The translations under genes were made by a program, and so were the position numbers. A DNA stretch of 64,000 nt, from the NCBI GenBank assembly GCA_963674755.2, contig CAXXVS010000003.1:2496001-2560000 (forward strand). Reading direction: 5' to 3'. The DNA is from Desulfobacterales bacterium (GTDB lineage Bacteria > Desulfobacterota > Desulfobacteria > Desulfobacterales > UBA5852). Below are positions 59,131 through 64,000 of the stretch, in pieces (position 1 is the stretch's first letter; each line of letters opens with the position of its first letter). The notes beneath the pieces were generated by a model that saw only the letters and a program-made list of their open reading frames with translations, had not been told where the DNA came from and did no database searches.

Positions 59131-59840
59131 TCGCCACCTTCGGTTTAGAGCCCGGCTGCATCCTGGCCGGGAAGTATGAAGTCCTGTCCTGCCTCGGCCG
59201 CGGCTGGGAAAGCGAAGTCTACAAGATCCGTGAGCTGAAAACCCGTATCGAGCGGGCGGCCAAGATTTTTTTCCCCCACCGCAACCCCGATAACCGCAAT
59301 GCAGTGGTCTATGCCAAAAAGCTGCACAAGCTGCGGTCCTGTCCGCTGCTGATCCAGTACCACACCTTTGAGCAGATTCCCTATGAGGGCACCCCGCTGA
59401 CGGCCTTTATCTCCGATTACGTCGAAGGGGAGCTCCTCTCCGACTACCTGGCCCGCCAGAGAGGCCGGCGGTTGACGGTCTTCAAAGGCATCCACCTGCT
59501 GCATGCCCTGGCAACAGGGATCGAGAGCATTCACGGTCTGGGGGAATACCATGGCGACCTGCATGCCAAAAATGTGGTGGTGCAGCGTCTGGGAATGACT
59601 TTTGAGCTCAAACTGCTGGATCTTTTCCACCGGGGGCGCGCCACCCGCGACAACCGCCAGGACGATATCTGCAGCAGCATCCGTCTCTTCTACGATGCCA
59701 TCGGCGGTCCCCGGCGCTATGCCGGACAGCCCCCGCCGGTCAAAGCCATCTGCTGCGGCCTCAAACGCACCCTTATCCTGAAGAAATTTCGCACGGCCCG
59801 GGATTTGCGCCTCTATCTGGAAACCCAGGACTGGCGTTAG
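59127..59840 (+). CDS. Short Ser/Thr (Hanks-type) protein kinase
   Basis: YEVLSCLGRGWESEVY, AAKIF, HGDLHAKNV and KLLDL. ATGA overlap with the peptidase stop. Confidence 0.82.
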   Translation: MIATFGLEPGCILAGKYEVLSCLGRGWESEVYKIRELKTRIERAAKIFFPHRNPDNRNAVVYAKKLHKLRSCPLLIQYHTFEQIPYEGTPLTAFISDYVEGELLSDYLARQRGRRLTVFKGIHLLHALATGIESIHGLGEYHGDLHAKNVVVQRLGMTFELKLLDLFHRGRATRDNRQDDICSSIRLFYDAIGGPRRYAGQPPPVKAICCGLKRTLILKKFRTARDLRLYLETQDWR

Positions 59841-59974
59841 ACAGACCGCGGGCAAACCAAAATCGGATTAAATGCCAGCCACCGCCCGAAGCCCAGCTTG
59901 TCCCCGGACAGCCGACCCCGGAGCGAACCATTTTCCCCTGTCGTCCCTCCAGACCCCTTGCAATTGGATCAAAC

Positions 59975-59991
59975 ATGCAATAGATTTGCAT
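59975..59991 (+). promoter_or_regulatory. Candidate Zur operator
   Basis: Palindrome ATGCAA-TAGAT-TTGCAT about 50 bp upstream of znuA. Confidence 0.7.
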
Positions 59992-60042
59992 TCCCCTTGA
60001 AAACGTTCGAACGATTTTAACCTGATTGCGAAAGGACAATCA

Positions 60043-61017
60043 ATGAAATTTGTGAATCTCATGATAGCCCTATTTTTATTGATAATTATGCCATTATCCG
60101 GAGCGCTGGCCGGTGATGGTTTGCGGGTTTTTGTCAGCATTTTACCCCAACAATACTTCGTGCAACAAATTGGCGGAGAACATGTGAATGTGCAGGTCAT
60201 GGTGGCTCCCGGCGCCAGTCCGGCCACCTACGAGCCCAAGCCCCGGCAGATGGCCGCCCTTTCCAAAGCCCGGCTCTATTTTGCCATCGGGGTGCCCTTT
60301 GAAACGGCCTGGATGGACAAGATCGCCGCCGCCAATCCATCCATGCAGGTGGTGCACACGGAGCAGGGCATCCACAAGCAGCCCATGGCCGCCCACCATC
60401 ATGAGGGGGAGCACCATCAGGAGGACGAACACGATGAGGATGCCGGTCAACATGAGGGGGAGCACCATCACGAGGCCGAGCACCATGAAGATGCCGATCA
60501 GCACCCCGAAGACAGCCATCATGGGCCCGGCATTCTGGATCCCCATATCTGGCTGTCGCCGCCCCTGGTCAAAGTGCAGGCCGACACGATCATGAAGGCC
60601 CTCATGGCGGCGGATCCGGCCCATGCCGCCGACTATGAGCGCAACGGCCGGCGTTTTATGGCGGCGATCGATGTCCTGGACCGGGATCTTAAAAAAATGT
60701 TTGCCGGCCAGGAGGGGCGCCGGTTCATGGTGTTTCACCCCTCCTGGGGGTATTTCGCCGCGGCCTACGGCCTGGTGCAGGTGCCCATCGAATTGGAGGG
60801 TAAAGACCCCAAACCGGCCCAGTTGCAGGAACTCATCCGGTATGCTAGACAGCACCACATCAATGTCATTTTCGTGCAGCCGCAGTTTTCACGCCGCAGC
60901 GCAGCCCTCGTGGCCTCTGAAATCGGGGGACGGGTCGTCCCGGCGGATCCGCTGGCGTTGAACTGGATGGAAAATCTCCGCCAGGTGGCCGAAGCATTCG
61001 CGGCCGCCCTGCGATAA
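60043..61017 (+). CDS. znuA: Zinc ABC transporter substrate-binding protein
   Basis: Signal peptide, PGASPATYEPKP, His/Glu-rich loop, DPHIWLSP and FHPSWGYFA. Confidence 0.92.
   Translation: MKFVNLMIALFLLIIMPLSGALAGDGLRVFVSILPQQYFVQQIGGEHVNVQVMVAPGASPATYEPKPRQMAALSKARLYFAIGVPFETAWMDKIAAANPSMQVVHTEQGIHKQPMAAHHHEGEHHQEDEHDEDAGQHEGEHHHEAEHHEDADQHPEDSHHGPGILDPHIWLSPPLVKVQADTIMKALMAADPAHAADYERNGRRFMAAIDVLDRDLKKMFAGQEGRRFMVFHPSWGYFAAAYGLVQVPIELEGKDPKPAQLQELIRYARQHHINVIFVQPQFSRRSAALVASEIGGRVVPADPLALNWMENLRQVAEAFAAALR
60400..60501 (+). repeat. 51-bp in-frame tandem duplication encoding the His-rich loop
   Basis: HEGEHHQEDEHDEDAGQ / HEGEHHHEAEHHEDADQ. Both units begin CATGAGGGGGAGCACCATCA. Confidence 0.85.
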
Positions 61018-61041
61018 GGCCGGGCGACGGAGGGGGAAAGA

Positions 61042-61818
61042 ATGGAACCGCCGATCATCGAAATGGAAGACGTTTCGTTTGCCTACAACGGGCAGCCCGT
61101 GCTGCAGGAGGTCAACCTGGTCGTTCCCCAGGGGGATTTCGTGGCCGTCATCGGTCCCAACGGGGGCGGCAAGACGACCCTCCTGCGCCTGATGCTGGGC
61201 CTGCTCAAACCGGATACGGGCCGTGTCCGTCTTCTGGGCCGGCCGGCCGGACGGGCGACCCACCACATCGGCTACGTGCGCCAGGACGTGCATATCAATC
61301 AGAATTTCCCCATCTCGGCGCTGGAGGTGGTGCTGATGGGCAAGCGGGATCCCCGCAGGCGCTGGGGGCATCACGGCACCCAGGACCGGCGTGAGGCCCT
61401 CCAGGCCCTGGAACGGATGGAAATGGCCGCCTTTGCCGAGCGCCGCATCGGTGAGCTTTCCGGGGGGCAGCGGCAGCGGGTCTTTATCGCCCGGGCGCTC
61501 GTCACCCATCCGCGGCTGCTCCTGCTGGACGAACCCACGGCCAGCATCGATACCAAAGGGCAGGCCGATTTTTACCGCATGCTCAAAGAGCTGAACGAGG
61601 AGGTCACCATCCTGGTGGTCAGCCATGACCTGCTGGTGATCTCCACTTACGTGAAATCCGTAGCTTGTGTGAACAAGCGCCTCCATTACCACCAGCAGGC
61701 GGAAATTACGGGTGAGATGATGGAAACCATGTACCCCTGCACGGTGGAGGAGGTCTGCCCGGTGGAACTCGTGGCGCACGGTCTGCCCCACCGGGTGCTG
61801 CAGTCCCACGAGGAGTGA
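61042..61818 (+). CDS. znuC: Zinc ABC transporter ATP-binding protein
   Basis: [22 protein letters not shown] and SHD. Confidence 0.92.
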   Translation: MEPPIIEMEDVSFAYNGQPVLQEVNLVVPQGDFVAVIGPNGGGKTTLLRLMLGLLKPDTGRVRLLGRPAGRATHHIGYVRQDVHINQNFPISALEVVLMGKRDPRRRWGHHGTQDRREALQALERMEMAAFAERRIGELSGGQRQRVFIARALVTHPRLLLLDEPTASIDTKGQADFYRMLKELNEEVTILVVSHDLLVISTYVKSVACVNKRLHYHQQAEITGEMMETMYPCTVEEVCPVELVAHGLPHRVLQSHEE

Positions 61819-61822
61819 TGCC

Positions 61823-62644
61823 ATGCTGGAGGCGTTGCAGTTTGAATTCATCCGCCATGCCCTGATCGCCGGGCTGCTGACCAGTATCATCTGCGGCGTA
61901 ATGGGCACCCTGGTGGTGGCCAACCGCATCGTTTTCCTGTCCGGCGGAATTGCCCATGCGGCCTACGGGGGCATCGGACTGGCCTTTTTCATGGGCTGGC
62001 CTTACCTGGTGAGCACCCTGGGGTTCGCCCTGGCGGCCGCCCTGGTCATGGCGGCCGTGACCCTGCGCGCCCGGCACCGGGCCGATACGATCATCGGCGT
62101 GATCTGGGCCGTGGGGATGGCCATCGGCATCATCCTCATAGACCTGACCCCCGGCTACAATGTGGATCTGATGAGCTATCTTTTCGGCAGCATTCTGACC
62201 GTGCCGGTTTCGGATCTGTGGGCCATGCTGGCGGCCCTGGTCGCGGTTCTCGGATTCGTGGGGGTCTTCTACCAGGATCTGATGACCCTGTCCTTCGATG
62301 AGGAGTTCGCCCGCGTGCGGGGCGTGCCGGTCCGCGCCCTCTATTTTTCGCTGATCGGTCTGCTGGCCGTGGCCATTGTCATGGTGATCCAGGTGGTGGG
62401 CCTGATCCTCGTGATCGCGCTGCTCACGATACCGCCTTTCATCATGGAGAAATACGCCTCGTCGCTTTTCAAGATGATGGTGGGGGCCAGCGTGCTGGGG
62501 GCGGTGTTCACGGTAAGCGGTCTGTGGCTGTCCTATGCCTTCAATCTGACCTCTGGGGCGACCATTATCCTGGTGGCCGGGGCCGCTTTTTTCCTTACCC
62601 TGCTGGTGGAGCGTTTGAGAGGGAGACGCCGGTCCGCCGCCTGA
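61823..62644 (+). CDS. znuB: Zinc ABC transporter permease
   Basis: GIAHAAYGG, SYLFGSIL, FDEEFA and VGLILVIALL. Confidence 0.92.
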   Translation: MLEALQFEFIRHALIAGLLTSIICGVMGTLVVANRIVFLSGGIAHAAYGGIGLAFFMGWPYLVSTLGFALAAALVMAAVTLRARHRADTIIGVIWAVGMAIGIILIDLTPGYNVDLMSYLFGSILTVPVSDLWAMLAALVAVLGFVGVFYQDLMTLSFDEEFARVRGVPVRALYFSLIGLLAVAIVMVIQVVGLILVIALLTIPPFIMEKYASSLFKMMVGASVLGAVFTVSGLWLSYAFNLTSGATIILVAGAAFFLTLLVERLRGRRRSAA

Positions 62645-62670
62645 AACGGACCGGGACCAAAGGAAGTGTC

Positions 62671-63099
62671 ATGTGTCTGCAATGCGATTATGAAAACCTT
62701 TTGAAACGCGCCCGGCTGGAGGCCACGGACAACCGCCTGCGGGTGCTGGCCGTGGTGGGCAACAACAGCTCCCCCCTTTCCGCCGGGGACATCTTTAATA
62801 CCCTGCAGCGCTCTTCCGCCATCAACCGGGTGACGGTCTATCGCATCCTGGATCTGCTAGTGGCCCACGGGCTGGTGGACCGCATCAGCACCGGCGGCCG
62901 GGCCGCCTATTACGGCCTGGCGCCCAACGAGCATCACCGGCCCCATCCCCATTTCTACTGCAAGCGCTGCGGTCAGATGGAGTGCCTCAACCCCGAAAGC
63001 CTGACCCTGGCCGGCGACGCCTTCCAGAAGACGTTCTCCGGTCAGATCGACAAGGTGGAGATACGGGTGGACGGCATCTGCAAGAACTGCATGCACTGA
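62671..63099 (+). CDS. zur: Fur-family regulator (Zur-like)
   Basis: TDNRLRVL, NRVTVYRIL, HPHFYCKRCG and GICKNC. Last gene of the znu operon. Confidence 0.85.
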   Translation: MCLQCDYENLLKRARLEATDNRLRVLAVVGNNSSPLSAGDIFNTLQRSSAINRVTVYRILDLLVAHGLVDRISTGGRAAYYGLAPNEHHRPHPHFYCKRCGQMECLNPESLTLAGDAFQKTFSGQIDKVEIRVDGICKNCMH

Positions 63100-63299
63100 A
63101 GCCCCCCTTCCGGGTCCGGGCTGCTCCCCCAGCGCCTCGGCGGCGTTGCCGGCTGACTTAAAGTGATCCCATACGGGGTGCAAGCTCTGCGGTGTCACCC
63201 CGCGCGCCTTGCCAGGAATCCTCATCCTTGTTTGACGATAGGGTCTATTCGGGGAAGATATCGGCCAATGCGTTTTCCAGGTCGCGTTTTGCGAAAACC

Positions 63300-63764
63300 T
63301 TAAAGGATCTTTCCGGGGCGCTCGGCGCTCTGGGAACGCATGTGCCATAGATGGGTGAAATAGCCCATACTGGCCAAAAGCAGGGCGCCCCCCATGGCAG
63401 TGTAGAGAAGCGCCAGGTAGACGCGCGGGATCGCGGTATGCCGCAGGAAGGATCCCATGGCGATCATGACGAGAATCATGAAATAGCTGCGCCAGGCCTG
63501 GAAAGCGAACAGGCAGCCCTTGTCGGCATAGCTGCCGATGCGGACCATGTTCCGGCGGGCCAGGCGTTGCAGCATGAAGCGGTGGAAGATGACGGCCAGC
63601 ACCAGGCCGGCCGCCACCAGAGGGCCGGCCTGCCGGATGGGCATGGCCCGCAGCCAGGACCAGGCCAGCCGGGCCAGCATGATCCCGGCGGCGGCCCACA
63701 CCAGACCGGCGATGGCGATCAGCCAGTGTTTGGGGACGGCCGGTTTTAAATGGACCAGTGTCAT
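63300..63764 (-). CDS. Hypothetical four-TM membrane protein
   Basis: Four hydrophobic segments and genome-typical codon usage. ATG directly follows the upstream stop. Confidence 0.7.
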   Translation of the reverse strand: MTLVHLKPAVPKHWLIAIAGLVWAAAGIMLARLAWSWLRAMPIRQAGPLVAAGLVLAVIFHRFMLQRLARRNMVRIGSYADKGCLFAFQAWRSYFMILVMIAMGSFLRHTAIPRVYLALLYTAMGGALLLASMGYFTHLWHMRSQSAERPGKIL

Positions 63765-63765
63765 G

Positions 63766-64000
63766 TCAGTAGGGGGCGGCCTCGAAACGGGCCACCACTT
63801 CTTGGCCGTGGTAAAGTTCCAGCATTTGCCCGAAAATGCTGTAATGATCGGTGGCCTTGAGGGCCTTGAAATAGGTGCGTTCCAGCCCGGCGTCGTTCGG
63901 GCAGGCCATCATGGTGGCGCCCAGGTCGCTGAAGGTCAGACGGTCCCCCTCTTTGCGGTAGAGGCCGAAAAAGCCGTTGCAGCCCGAGAAGCCCATGAGC
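63766..64000 (-). CDS. META (HslJ-like) domain protein, 3' part only
   Basis: GFSGCNGFFG and ATMMAC...LERTYFKAL. Runs off the window edge. Confidence 0.85.
   Translation of the reverse strand, partial: LMGFSGCNGFFGLYRKEGDRLTFSDLGATMMACPNDAGLERTYFKALKATDHYSIFGQMLELYHGQEVVARFEAAPY

Noticed and set aside
1..64000. CRISPR array, tRNA, rRNA, intact transposase or integrase
   Set aside because: No regularly spaced direct repeats, cloverleaf or rRNA signatures, and no DDE or tyrosine-recombinase ORFs were seen by eye.

Overview
A 64-kb GC-rich bacterial chromosomal segment. Gene content (flavodiiron protein, bacterioferritin, DUF3786/Fe-S proteins, Cache-domain kinases and MCPs, sigma54 activator) suggests an anaerobic deltaproteobacterium, probably Desulfobacterales-like; this is an inference. 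About 55 CDSs are supported. I saw no rRNA, tRNA, CRISPR array or intact transposase/integrase. The lower-GC left end holds decayed integron attC-like hairpins, an alkD fragment and a hipBA-type toxin-antitoxin locus with four regularly spaced 18-bp operators. The middle is mostly transport, signalling and detoxification genes. It also contains two families of structured intergenic repeats, three sigma28-type promoters, an aldehyde:ferredoxin oxidoreductase gene reduced to its two fused ends, a Fur/PerR-small CxxC protein-bacterioferritin locus, and an FGGY kinase + sphingosine-1-phosphate-lyase-like pair. The best candidate for an undescribed system is 52720-59840. There, a divergent sigma54 enhancer-binding protein with a degenerate receiver domain faces an AT-rich spacer and a -24/-12 promoter. 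The promoter drives a 63-aa charged peptide, a FemAB/CelD-like GNAT, an ATP-grasp ligase, a fold-III PLP decarboxylase, a stand-alone C39-like Cys peptidase and a minimal Ser/Thr kinase, which together look like a peptide-modification (RiPP-like or protein-tagging) pathway. The window ends with a Zur-controlled znuACB-zur operon. All calls come from motif recognition by eye; no database searches were run.
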